Both the position numbers and the translations under genes were made by a program. A DNA stretch of 64,000 nucleotides from the human T2T-CHM13v2.0 reference genome, Homo sapiens, in the NCBI RefSeq assembly GCF_009914755.1, contig NC_060934.1. One strand, given 5' to 3'. Positions 1 through 13,100 of the stretch are shown piece after piece; the first letter of the stretch is position 1, and every line of letters starts with the position of its first letter. The notes beneath the pieces are model-generated. The model was not told the DNA's origin and searched no databases. It saw only the letters and a list, made by a program, of their open reading frames with translations.

Positions 1-163
1 ACAGGCACCCGCCACCACACCTGGCTAATTTTTTTTTGTATTTTTAGTTAGAGATGGGGTTTCACCGTGTTAGCCAGGATGGTCTCAATCTCCCGACCTC
101 GTGATCCTCCCGCCTCGGCCTCCCAAAGTGCTGGGATTACAGGCGTGAGCCACCGCGCCAGGC
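1..163 (-). mobile_element. Alu (left-arm part, cut by the window edge; AluY/Sc-like)
   Basis: ttagccaggatggtctc...cctcccaaagtgctgggattacaggcgtgagccaccgcg. Confidence 0.95.
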
Positions 164-1679
164 AGTTAATTTCTAAGTGTGGCTATATCTTCATAAAATC
201 TCTCTCTATGGCCATTAAAATGGATTATGCCATAGATGAAATGGTCCTTAACATTCCATGGACAAAGACCCCTACAGCTTGATTTTGCTGAGATAATCTT
301 CATAGTTAATTAAGGACCACAGAAGACTACCATGAGCAGCTGAGGTCAGACAGGGACTGTAGAAACACAGGCTAAAGGACACGAAGAATTGTGTAATTGA
401 CTAAATGTTCAGGGCACAGCCAACAAAACTCAATTGTTCTGGACAACCACACCATTTTCTCTAGAGTTGCTGAAAGTTGTGTGGGTGGGATCTACAGATA
501 ATTGCCCCACTTCTCCATTTCATTTTGCCTGTCTAAACATTGTATAAATAACTACTTGATAAATTCAATGTTGATGTTGGCACATGAACAGACAGACAGA
601 AAAGTGACTGCTCATTTTAAAATGTATAAAGCCAATATAAATAGTAAACAAATCTCAAAGGAGAATGCCTAAAAATGTTTAAAATTCACAATAATGTTTA
701 ATTTACCAAATTTCAACCCACTTATGGAGCTTAATTCAAAAATACTTTTGGCTTATATTTAAAATAAAGTGACATTTGACAAACTGTTCAAATATTAAGC
801 TTAAAAATGTACTCTTCCTAAATAATAATTTTAATACAAACTCTAGATCCACAACTTGCAGGATTAACTATCTCTTCCCCAATATGCCAAAAACACGTAC
901 ACATCCAAATATGCATAGAGAATATGAATGCTAGAAAAGTTTAAGAATATATCATGAAAATATATTTCATATGTCAGGATAAATAAGCTTGAGTAGTTAA
1001 TGAAAAATAATTATTTTAAAGTTTAAGTTGTCTTTAAAATTAAATTTTACATATATTTTCAAGATATATGAGAAGACATACACCACCTACCTCACTATGG
1101 AATGTGGTAAAACAAACATAATTTATATCTGTGTCATGGCAGCCAAATGGCATAAATTCTTTAGATGTTGAACTTTGCTAAAATAGCAACAGCAAATTTC
1201 ATGAACAAAGTGAAGTGGAAGAGAAAAGAGAAGAACAATCCAATACAAAAACTGTCTAATTCTTTCTGGTTGCCTTATAGCCTAAAAGAAAATTTTAAAC
1301 TCTCCTTAAGCCATAACTGCAAAAAATTTAAAAAGAAAATCCATCTGTTAAAACAAATTACGCAAATGGTATTGAGGCTACTTGAATTTATGTCACAGTG
1401 CCCTTAGTATTAACCACACCAACTGTGGGCCACACACGTTTGACTAAATGTGCTTAGTGGTTGATTCCAGAAATGTCATAATTCAAGAAATGTACAAGGA
1501 AAAAAACTAGTGGAAAAGCAAAAGTAACAAGTGGAATATTTTACAAAATTGAAAATAATACCACACAGGTCAAAAAAAAAACATCCAATTAACATATATA
1601 ATTTCAGTTTTGTGCTATATTCCAATGGTTCTTTTCAGTCTTCTAATTTACATTGCTTTTTATATATTTCATTAATATA

Positions 1680-3965
1680 TAGGCATATGTTGGAGAAATT
1701 GCAACTTTGTTTTCAGACCCAGGCAATCAAGTCACATGAATTTGTTTCCCAGCAGATGTACATGTTATGTTTAGAATATACTATAGTCTGTTAAGTTTGC
1801 AATAGCATTGTGTTAAAAAATATAGATACCTTAATTTCAAAAATACTTTACTGCCAAAAAATGCTAATAATCATCTGAGCCTTTAGCCAGTACTAATTAT
1901 TTGCTGGTAGAGGGTCTCATCTCAATGTATTTGGCTGCTGACATCAAGGTGGTGGTTGCTGAAGGTTGTGGCAATTTCTTAAAATAGGACAAAAATGAAG
2001 TTTGCCACATTTGTTGACTCTTTCTTTCACAAAAGATTTATCTGCAGCATGTGATGTCATGTGATGGCATTTTACCCACAACAGGACTTTCAAAATTGAG
2101 GTCAATCCTTTCCAACCCTGCCGATGCTTTATCACCTGAATTTATGCAATATTCTAAATCCTTTGTTGTCATTTCAACAATGTTTACAGTGTCTTCACCA
2201 GGGGTAGATTCCATCTCGAGAAACCACTTTCTTTGCTTGTCCGTGAGAAGCAACTCCTCATCCTTTCAAGTTCTATCATGAGACTGCAGAAATTCAGTCA
2301 TCTCTTCAGGTTCCACTTCTAATTCTAGTTCTCTTGCTATTTCTACCTCATCTTCAGTGACTTTCTCCACTGAAGTCTTGAACCCCTCAAATTCATCCGT
2401 GAGGGTTGGAATCCACTTCTTCCAAACTCCAGTTAGTGTTGGCATTTTGACCTCCATCCATGGATCACATATATTCTTAACGGCATCCAGAATAGTAAAA
2501 CATTTCCAGACAGTTTTCAACTTATTTTGCCTAGACCCATAAGAGGAATCAGTATCTATGGCAGCCATAGCCTTACAAAATGTATTTCTTAAATAATAAA
2601 ACTTGAACATTGAAATTACTCCCTGATCTGTGGGCTGTAGAATGGATATTGGATTAGCAAGTAGGAAAACATTAATCTCTTTGTACATTTACATCAGAGT
2701 TCCTGAGTGACTAGGTGCATTGTCAATGAAAGAAATCTTTTGAAAGGAATCTTTTTTCTGAGAAGCAGGTCTCAACAATGAGCTTAAAATATTCAGGAAA
2801 CCATGCTATAAATAGATGTGCTGTTATCCAAGCTTTGTTGTTCCGTTTATAGAGCACAGGCAGAGGAGATAAGTCTTAAGGGCCCTAGCATTTTCAGAAT
2901 GGTTAATAAGCATTGGCTTCACCTTCAAGTCACCAGCTGCATAAGCCTCTAAAAAGAGAGTCGGCCTGTCTTTTGAAATTTTGAAACTACACATTGACTT
3001 CTCATGTCTAGTTAGGAAAGTCCGAGGTCGTCTTTTCTTCTAATAGAAAGCTGTTTTGTGTACATTGAGAATCTGTTGTTTAGTGTTACCACCTTCATCA
3101 ATGATCTTTGCTACATTTTCTGGATAACTTACTGCTTCACCTTGTACTTTTATGTTATGGAGACAACTTCTGCTCTTAAACTTCATGAACCAACCTCTGC
3201 TAACTTCCAACTTTTCTACTGCCACTTTCTCACCTCTCTCAGACTTCAAAGAACTGAAGAGAATTAGAGCTTGGCTTTGGATTAGGCTTTGGCTTAAGGG
3301 AATGTTGTGCCTGGTTTGATCTTTTATCCAGACATAAAACTTAATATCAGCCACAAGGCTGTTTTGCTTTCTTATGATTTGTGTGTTCACTAGAGTGTAC
3401 TTTTAATTTCCTTCAGGAACTTTTCCTTGTATTCACAACTTAGCTAACTGGCACAAGAGGCCTAGATTTTAGCCTATTTCAGCTTTCAACATGCCTTCCT
3501 CACTAAGCTTAATCATTTCTAGTTTCTAATAAATGAGAGATGTGTGATTTTTTCCTTTCACTTGGACACTTAGAGGCCATTGTAGGGTTTGTAAGTGGGC
3601 TAATTTCATCATTTTTGTGTCTCAGGGAATAGGGAGGCCTGAGGAGAGGGAGAGAGATAGGAGAACTGCAGGTCAGTGGAACAGTCAAAACGCAACACAT
3701 ACCGATTAAGTTCAGTGTCTTACATTTGTGGCACCAGAAAACAATCACTGATCACAGATCACCGATCACAAATCACCATAACAATTATAATAATAAAGAA
3801 AAAGTCTGAAATATTGTAAGAATTATCAAAATGCGACAAACAGACATGAAATGGGCACAATCTGGGAAAACAGTATCAATAGATTTGCTCAAGGCAGAGT
3901 TGTCACAACCTTCAATTTGTAGAAAACACAGTATCAGCAAAGCACAATAAAACAACATATGCCTA
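1680..3965 (-). mobile_element. Tigger1 DNA transposon fossil, near full length (copy 1)
   Basis: TIRs flanked by TA at 1678-1679 and 3966-3967. Broken pogo-like transposase ORFs: 3040-3390 (CENP-B-type [12 protein letters not shown]) and 2266-2688 (DDE region, [10 protein letters not shown]). Confidence 0.93.
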
Positions 3966-3967
3966 TA

Positions 3968-4590
3968 ATTCACATACCATTCAATTAATCCATTCAAAGT
4001 GTACAATTCAATGACTTTTAGTTGAATTATGCAACCATCATTACAATCAATTTTAGTATATTTTCATCACCACAAAAGAAACCTCATACATATTAGCAGT
4101 ACTCCTCATTTCTACCAAATTCTCAGCCCTAGGAGACCACTAATCTACTTGCTGTCTCTGTAGACTTGGCTATTTTGGAGACCCCATATAAATGGAATCA
4201 TACAATACGTAGTCTTTTGTGACTAGTTTCTTTCACTTAGCATAATACTTTCAAGGTTCATTTGTGTTGTAATTCCTTTTTATGGCCAAATATTATTTCA
4301 TTGTATAGAAGTACACATTTTATTTATACATTCATCTGTTGATAGACGTTAGGGAAATTTTAATTTTTTAGTTATTATGAGTAACATTACTAAGAATATG
4401 CTCGAACAAGTCATATGTGCATGTATATCTCCATTTCCTTTGCGTATATACATATCTGAGAATGGAATTGCTAGATCATATGGTAATTCTATATTTAACT
4501 TTTTGAACAACTGACAGACTGTTTCTCAAAGTGAGTGTATTATTTTGAAATCCCAACACTAATGTATGAAGGTTCCTATTTCTCTATTAT
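3968..4590 (-). mobile_element. L1M (L1MB-like) 3' end, interrupted at its tip by Tigger1
   Basis: attcacataccat...aaagtgtacaattca...aatggaatcatacaatacgtagtc...ggaattgctagatcatatggtaattc are typical of an antisense L1M 3'UTR/ORF2 end. Confidence 0.8.
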
Positions 4591-4604
4591 TGCCAAAATA
4601 ATAG

Positions 4605-4790
4605 AACCATGCCTTCAAAATTCTGAAGAAAAATGGCATCTAACATAAAGTTCTGTAGTCTGCCAAACTATCAACTAGGCATGACAATAGAATAAAAATT
4701 TTTCTAAAAATTTTTAGATATGCAAATACTCAAAAATTTTTATCTCCATCACCTTACCCTTGGGAAACCACCGTGTTCACAATGATAAAA
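4605..4790 (+). mobile_element. Old L1M ORF1-region fragment
   Basis: atgccttcaaaattctgaagaaaaatg...gccaaactatcaac. Confidence 0.55.
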
Positions 4791-5410
4791 TAAAATAAGA
4801 AAAAAGAAAACTTGTGTGCTGCTGTTTTCCATAGTCTTGTGCAAGTATTTGACTTTTAAAACTATATGCATGTAAAATGTTGAATTTTTTTAAAAAATAC
4901 TTAAATTTAAAAAGATGAACTCTTCTTATGGACTGATTGAAAACTGTTTAGTGAAAACATTAACTGAAATCACCTCAATTAATTCTAGTTTGGAATGTTT
5001 ATTTACTTGATAATTTAAAAAAACAGGCAAAGACTTTTATACAAAATTCCTTTTTATTTTTGTATTGCAAGTGACGAATACTTGTAAACTAGCCTTTTGA
5101 AGTTGACTTTGCAAGGCTTGACATACATGGTTACACTGAAGAGACACCTTTTGGAATGTGAAATAATTGAGCTCATCATGGGAATAGGTGTTTGTGGCTG
5201 GGTTTTTTAAAAACCCAGTGGTCAACACATCACAAATTTAAAAAGTATTAAATTTCAAACTTGTGCTGTGGAAACTATTAAATGACTCTGGTCATGACAA
5301 AATCATTAACAATAAAGATTCAAGTAAACAGTTCAAATAATATTTTTTCATTAAATGAGCAGGGGAAAAAAGGTGCATTACTAAATCAATATATTATTTT
5401 ACGTGATAAC

Positions 5411-5416
5411 TTTATT
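5411..5416 (-). terminator. Candidate distal polyadenylation signal AATAAA (long 3'UTR isoform, ~4.9 kb)
   Basis: tttatt at 5411-5416 in unique AT-rich DNA. Further copies at 5053-5058 and 4998-5003, so the site actually used cannot be fixed from sequence alone. Confidence 0.5.
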
Positions 5417-5599
5417 TTAAATACATATTATCTAAATCAAATATTCTAAGAAAAAGAAAATTAGCTATCAGTTTCCCAAAAACATCTTTCATTTTCATTG
5501 AGGAGGTGGCAAGAATGAAAGCAAGGTGAGCCCATCATTCCTTAAAAGTTGAGGCCATGACTTAATCATACTTGCATTTTATGATCATCTGACTGAAGA

Positions 5600-7025
5600 A
5601 GTCTCTCTCCTCCCTCTCTATCCTATCACCCTGTTTCTTTCCTTAATAGCAATTGTCACTCCCTGATATTTTCTTGTTTATTTATTGGTTTATATGCTTC
5701 AAGTTTATCTCCATTAACCAAATGTAAGCCTAATGAAAGCAGAGCTCCTGAAGTCTTGTTCACATCGGATTGCATCCTCAGTGCTACCCAATGCCTCTCA
5801 GATCATTGATATTTATTAAAAATTAAACAGATGAGCAAAAGAATGGGCAGCTGGTAGACCTAATAAACGATGTACACTAATGAAATCTTTTTCACAAATG
5901 TGGCGTCATCTTCTGATCACTGGGAGGAAAACTGCTTTCTAACAATTCTTGTGAGTGATAGTTTACGATGCTCCCAGTATTGAAACCTTCTTGCTCAATG
6001 AATAGACTCATAGTGGGGCTGTAGCTATTAGTAGCCTGTGTCCTCTGAGAAAGTTCTCAATAATTTTTATAGCCATCCTACTTACAGCGAAAGCATGGTT
6101 CACTCTGTAGCTACTGCATGAGGTCTGGCACAATAGGGAAAAAAATGGAATAATGTTAGGTATTCAAAAGTACGTAACTTGTTTACTCATTTACTTCAAC
6201 AGAGCATTTTGCTTTACCACTTTGAAACCTGATTATTTCTAGTTTCACTTTCCTTGAAACTCTTTGATGGCTCCACAGTGACTACGGAAAAGTCCGCAAT
6301 GTTAGCATGGAAGACAAGTCCTTCCACAGTTGGGCCAGCTTCCTCTTTCTCACTACCTGGTTTCTGTCTCATGAACCAGGCTCCAGCTATAGCAAAGAGC
6401 TTCCAGTCCCTGAATAAGCCAAGTGGTTTCTTCCCTCAGCGCTTCTGCTCACCCAGCTCCCTCTGCTTGGAAAGCCCTCCCTTCCTCTCCACTTAGTGAT
6501 TCCTATTCTTTGGTTAAGACTTCACAAAACCTTCTCTAGCACCTTCTGGAAGACAAATGACCAACCTCTCTTCTGGGTAGAGGCCACTACCCTCACAGAT
6601 TTCTTATAGGACCTGGCTCAAGTTTACTCCCAACACTGCATCTCCCACCACTTTCTATTTTTAACTCCAGACACTGGCCTCTTTGCAGTTCCTCAAATCC
6701 CTATTTTCATTTGCCAGGAGTGAAAAATATTTTCTCAGACATTTACACAATGTGTTCTCACCTCCATTCAACTCTCTGCTCAAAGGTCACTTCCTAGGAA
6801 AGGCTGTCTTAGACCACCCTGAGATATTCCTCCCCTTCTCATTTTTCTGAATAGAACTACCCCTTATTTAGCCTTTACACCAGCTTACTTTTTCTTTGTA
6901 GTACTGATCTAACATTATATATTTAGTAATGTACCTGTCTTCCCTTCTAGAATATAAGCTCTGTGATGGTGGATCTTTGTTCTGTTTACTGCTGTGAATG
7001 TGAATGAATAAATGATTGAATGGCA
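5600..7025 (+). mobile_element. Cluster of L2 fragments (about 5600-5835, 6250-6560 and 6620-7025)
   Basis: L2 3'-end motifs: ctagaatataagctctgtga...gttctgtttactgctgtgaatg...aatgattgaatg. Confidence 0.65.
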
Positions 7026-7245
7026 CTTGTGGCACTTGATGACTGATGTTGGCTTGAGATTTTGCTGTCTTTCTCTGCAGGGGCTGTATCCTATGCATCT
7101 TAGTCTCCAGTTCCTTCCTGGCACAGAGTAACTTCTTAATATTCCTTCTATGACTGAACGACATCAAGTATACATTACCTATAACAATTGTTCCCAACAA
7201 AGAGACTCTGAATCCATGTATACTGCATAAGGTGAAGAACACAAC

Positions 7246-7818
<573 letters not shown>

Positions 7819-7929
7819 TTAGCATACGGAGATTGGTGAAACATCTCCATACTAACATGGGTTTCCCACAATCCAGAAAGTTAAGAATTACTGATTTAAT
7901 AAATTAGTTTAAATAATTTATTTTTTCAT

Positions 7930-8140
7930 TGTAGCTATCATTAATGAAGCATTTACTTTGTGTCAACCCCTGTGCTGAGCTCTTTAAATATGTATGTAAA
8001 ACAATTATTTGTCCCATTTTATAGGTGAGGAAACTATGGTTTAGAAAGAGGCTTAGCATATCTTTGAACTGGTAACTGACTAAGCTGGACCCAGACTGAA
8101 GCTGCCTCACGATAAAAAGCCATGCTCTTACTTCATATTG
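7930..8140 (-). mobile_element. MIR
   Basis: MIR core cccattttataggtgaggaaact. Confidence 0.7.
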
Positions 8141-8879
8141 CACAAGGTCAAAATTCTTTAGTCTTCCCAGTTTCTTTGTGATGTTGATTCTAAGAAAAGT
8201 TTCTGTAATTCAAGTGAATGTGAAAATCCTCAGGCTACAAGATCTCTTTTGTAAAAAACAGGCTGGCTATATGTAGTCAACATTTAACTGATATTTGTAT
8301 AATGGAATAATGTATTTTCTCAGCTACACCAATATTTTAAATGTTTGTAATGAGAGATCAAGTGATTTCAGATAATTAAAAAAAATACAGTCACACTAAC
8401 TTGCCCTGATTTCCTTTGTAGAACCATGATCTGCGGAATCAAGGTCTGCTGTTACCTGATAGATGAGAATAGGAATAGAAGAGGCCATCAAAAGGCACTA
8501 ATTATAAATAATATGTAGATTTTTAACTTATCCTTTTCAAGAACACTTTAGCTGTCTGAATTTTTTTAAAGCCAGATAGAAGTTGGTAAAATGTATCTGT
8601 GATGACCAAATTTTGAAACTCCTTTGGAATTACCAAATATAGCAGAGGTAGTTGGCATTAAGGAGTCACTTGTATAGAAACAATAAAGCTCTATTTTAAA
8701 AATCTATGCATAGGGCTACAGCTTCACCTGAAGACAGTGTTTTGGACCATACCACACTCATGGGAAAGCCTCCAATTTTGAAATGTAGAGTAGCAAAAAC
8801 ACAACAGACAGTCATTTCATGGTACAAAGCAGATACTATAAACATGAGAATTAAGAAATGAAAATAACATATACACTAA

Positions 8880-10302
8880 AAACATCACAACAGAAACAGG
8901 CTTTATTTCAACCAGACAAGTGAATTCTTCAATTAACATCAACTTCTTCAAGACTTGAAGATATGGAAATTAAAGACGGTGCTCAGAAGGCAGAGAAAGG
9001 AAGATTCATCATGGAGTAATTGTTCTGTCCTTCAAAAATCCCTTTCAACAATAAGCTCAATACACAAGATCATGGGATCTCATGCATCCCAATATTTGTA
9101 CATGACCCTCATTTGAAAGTTACCCATCAGTCTTAATGAAATCTTTCAAAAAGAAAAAATATATAGATCAGTATAAATTATTTTTAATTTTAGAAACTGA
9201 GATTGAAGTACAGTTTTTAGTTTAAAATATTAAAAATGAAAAAACCTTTAACATTATTAAAGATGTGTTGTTACAAAGTTCCTAGATATATACATGTACA
9301 AAACAAATAGATATTACTATCTGACACCTCAACCCATGACTTACCCTAAATCTCCTGATATGAACAATTAATCTACTGGGAGGCTTTTCCCAATAAGTTT
9401 CAAATTTCTTGCACAAAGATTTGCTGCCATTCATATTCTGTGCATGGATGAGGACATTTAATCACAGACTATTTCAACTTAATATAACCTAGCATAAAAT
9501 AAATCCAATGAAACACTACATTTATAAGCGATAGGACAAACTTGCATATAATTTGCAACTTTTGCCAGACTCATTAAATTCATTAACACATTCAGTCTTC
9601 TCTTCACGGGCATTTTCAAGAGCTTTAGATCTTGTGCTTAACTTTGTATTGAGCTGGTCAGCACCTTCATTGATATGAACAATTATGTCAAAGAAAGGTT
9701 ACAGGTAGGGGGAGGGACATCATCTGAGGACAGAAACAGAGGGAACGACTCTTTTTTCAGAAGACAACTAAAACAGAAAAACAAGACAAAAAAGGGTACA
9801 AAACAAATAACAAAAGTGTTCACAGTAAAACATGCCAGATTTGTAGTTTCATTTGAAACCAACAGCAAATCATGAAACGTCATGAAAAATATAAGTCAAG
9901 GTAAAATCTCCTAGAGTAATTACTAAATGAAGTTAAAATCACCACACTGATCAGTAAACCCCAGAAGAAAAATGACCAGCGCTTACATATCAGGTCCTTC
10001 TTAAACATCAAACAACTTTTCAAAGTTAATGCATACAATTGGTAGGTTTGGCCACGCTGCACCATTTTTTTAAAAAAATACAGTATACAGAAAAAAAACC
10101 TTTTATATTCCCCCGTTTTGAATCATTAGCTCAAAACCTAAGAGTAAAAGATCATCTGGAAGGATTTTAAATTATTTACAAATCCAGCAGGTTCATCTGC
10201 CATAATGGCTTGGCTTCCGTCCCAAAGCGACTTTCACCTTCTCCAGCAGCAATTTTTTAGTTCTCTGTCCTTTTGGGAGGCTGTTTCCTCCACTGCTCGT
10301 CT
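8880..10302 (-). other. PANK1: PANK1 proximal 3'UTR (~1.4 kb)
   Basis: Repeat-free AU-rich sequence from the stop codon to an AATAAA followed by a GU-rich tract. The cleavage position is estimated. Confidence 0.75.
8902..8907 (-). terminator. Proximal polyadenylation signal AATAAA
   Basis: Plus-strand tttatt. Downstream on the minus strand lies the GU/U-rich CCTGTTTCTGTTGTGATGTTTTTAGTGTATATGTT, and there are UGUA motifs upstream. Confidence 0.75.
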
Positions 10303-10362
10303 CTACTTGTCATCAGTCATTTTGAACAGTTCCAACAGTGCCCCAACGGCTCCAAAATAACC
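10303..10362 (-). CDS. PANK1: PANK1 last exon, coding part (GYFGAVGALLELFKMTDDK*)
   Basis: Acceptor ttttcgtag|GGT TAT. Completes the conserved HEGYFGAVGA motif. TAG stop at 10303-10305. Confidence 0.97.
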   Translation of the reverse strand, partial: GYFGAVGALLELFKMTDDK

Positions 10363-10917
10363 CTACGAAAACAATACAAAACGATGATCTCTGAACCTTA
10401 GCCAAATATGTATTGTTTTTAATAATTCTAGGAATGCCACTAATATCGATAAAAGAGAAATTTAAAACCTAAATTGTGTGTCACAAAACATGGCAGAATA
10501 ATAACAACTATAATTTATTGGACACCTACTTATATATATTAAATACATTCACATATGTAAATGCTTAGAACTATGTCTGGTACATGTGTGCTAAGTGTGT
10601 GCCAGGGTTGTTAGTATTATAACTATTTCATCTTTATCTTTGTCATGGCAAAACACTGACTATTATTTCACATATGAGAAATGGAAGGTAATAAAGTAAA
10701 TTACCCTTGCAGGGTCACAGGTCTTGTACCAGGGCTCAATACCAAATCTGTCTGACTTTAAAGCTATATTTCATGAGAGAAAACCCTAAACTTCCCTCAG
10801 TAGCTCTTGCAAAGGCACTTAAATTAGTCCAAGCCTTACTTTGCCCATCTGTAAAATAAAAGACCATACGTCTATGAAAATGAAAGGAACTAAAAAATAT
10901 AAATTTTTAGAGAACTA

Positions 10918-11284
10918 TGTGTTAGTTTGTTCAGGCTGCTATATATAACAAAGTACCCTAGACTGGGTGGCTTATAAACAATAGAAATTTGTTTCTCACA
11001 GTTCTAGAGGCTGGGAAGTCTAAAATCAAGGTGTCTGGTGAGGACCCATTCCTCACAGATAGCTGTCTTCACATTGTAATCTCACATGGCTGGATTACGT
11101 GGTGGAAGGGGCAAGGGAGCTCCCTTAGACCTTTTTATAAGGATGCTAATCCCATTCATGAAGGCTCAGCCCTCATGACTTAATCACCTCCCAAAGGCCA
11201 CCTCCCAATACCATCACTTTGTAGATTAGGATTTCAACATAGACATTTGAAGTTGGTCACGGCACAAATAATCAGTCCACAGCA
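10918..11284 (-). mobile_element. MaLR solo LTR (MLT1A/A0-like)
   Basis: tgtgttagtttgttcaggctgct...agactgggtggcttataaaca...ctaatcccattcatga...cacctcccaaaggcc...cagca. Confidence 0.85.
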
Positions 11285-11390
11285 ATCTGTTTCCAAAAGG
11301 CAGGAGGCTCCATTCTTCTGGCACTTGCTGAACTCAATAGTTATAACTGCAGCAGTAGGTGTGAGTGTGGCAGGATGTGGATGGATCTTT

Positions 11391-11610
11391 GCTGCTGCTG
11401 CTGCTGCTGTCTGCTTACATTTATTGAGGCCCCACTAATGCTAGAAGTTGTTCTAAGCACTTTACATGGATTTACTCATTTACCCATCACAATAACTCTA
11501 TGAGACAAATATAATTGCCCCATTTTACAAATGCTAAAACAGAAATGGAGAGACAGAGTCATTGTCTAAGATCTCACAGTCAGTAAAACGCAGTGTTCTT
11601 AACTACCTGG
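11391..11610 (-). repeat. (GCT)6 tract followed by MIR
   Basis: gctgctgctgctgctgctg, then catttattgag...cccattttacaaatg. Confidence 0.7.
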
Positions 11611-12085
11611 CTAGATGACTTCTCTTAAGAGATGTTCAGTAACATTAGTTGAATGAATGAGAAATTTAGTGAGGACTCCTAAGGCCAGGGCAGGTGACCA
11701 GAAAGCCACCATACCCGTGCTTCTCAAAAGTTGTCTCTCCATAATATTCTCTAGTAAGGCCCGCGTAAGCCAGAGGGAATTTAAGAATGTAGAGAATTTT
11801 CTGAGGAACACATTATGAGGGTTACAAGAATACTCCATTTTCACTGGCCATAGAGACTGAGTTATGATATAGGGTAACAAACCAAAGCCAGAGTCCACAG
11901 AGGCTTAGGATTGTACAGGGTGATATAGGCGACTACATTTTTACCTACAGAAGTGAGTTTCCCCAAAATGTTGGCTTTTATTTCCTATCTTACCACCTAA
12001 CTTCCCACCTGATGTTATAGAAGACTTTTTATCCCTGACAGTTTCCAGGCTTTGTTGTCTGCATTAGGCCAAGAAGATCTGGACT

Positions 12086-12170
12086 TATGGTTACCAGATA
12101 AGACACAGATAAATGGCAGATAAAATAACTGGGCACCCTGTATTTTTTATTGCTAAAAATGGCAACTCTA
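12086..12170. mobile_element. Internally deleted MER53-like hAT MITE with perfect 8-bp TSD
   Basis: TIRs tatggttaccagat / aaatggcaactcta. TSD TCTGGACT at 12078-12085 and 12171-12178. Confidence 0.8.
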
Positions 12171-12745
12171 TCTGGACTAGAACAGGAGTTTTCTTTTTCC
12201 TTTTTCATTATTTTTTTTAAAGGCTGAGATGTTTTTTTCTTTTTCAAACAAAACCTTACATGGAAACTCCATAAATAATCAGGTATTCTGGCTGTGGGGG
12301 GTAGGGAGTGGAGGTTCTGGGACCTCATTCCCCCTCACTCAATGCCTAAAGTCTGCTTTAAAAACAAGAGCTTTCTTTAGTATGAATTTCTATCATTGGG
12401 CCTTAACTATTTTGTATTTAAGTACCTGTTTCATATACTTTAATAAAACAAAATGCAGGCATAGAGAGTTCTAAATAACTCTAAATGCATTGGTAACTTC
12501 TTAAATAAATAGCTCAGCTTAAAAATGAGAAAAAAATGGCACAGTAGTTATTCATTACAATTGAAATTGACAATACCAGCTCTCTCAATGTTTTTCTGCT
12601 GCAGTGTATACAAGAGATTAGATACCTCCAGTGATAGCTCATTGCAGCACTGCAGCATTGATTTTAAAGGAGGTGACAGAGGAGGTGGAAGAGAGAAGGG
12701 CCCCCACTTTTTGGTTTATATTATGGTAGAAACTCCAAGTAAGGG

Positions 12746-13100
<355 letters not shown>

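Noticed and set aside
2266-3390. Transposase-like ORFs as a possible domesticated TIGD-type gene
   Set aside because: The frame is broken by many stops and frameshifts in both Tigger1 copies, and copy 2 is interrupted by Alus. These are fossils.
11391-11409. (GCT)6 as a miR-107 sponge (also the CAG run at 56192)
   Set aside because: The first is on the non-transcribed strand and both are intronic. They are short MIR-tail-derived repeats.
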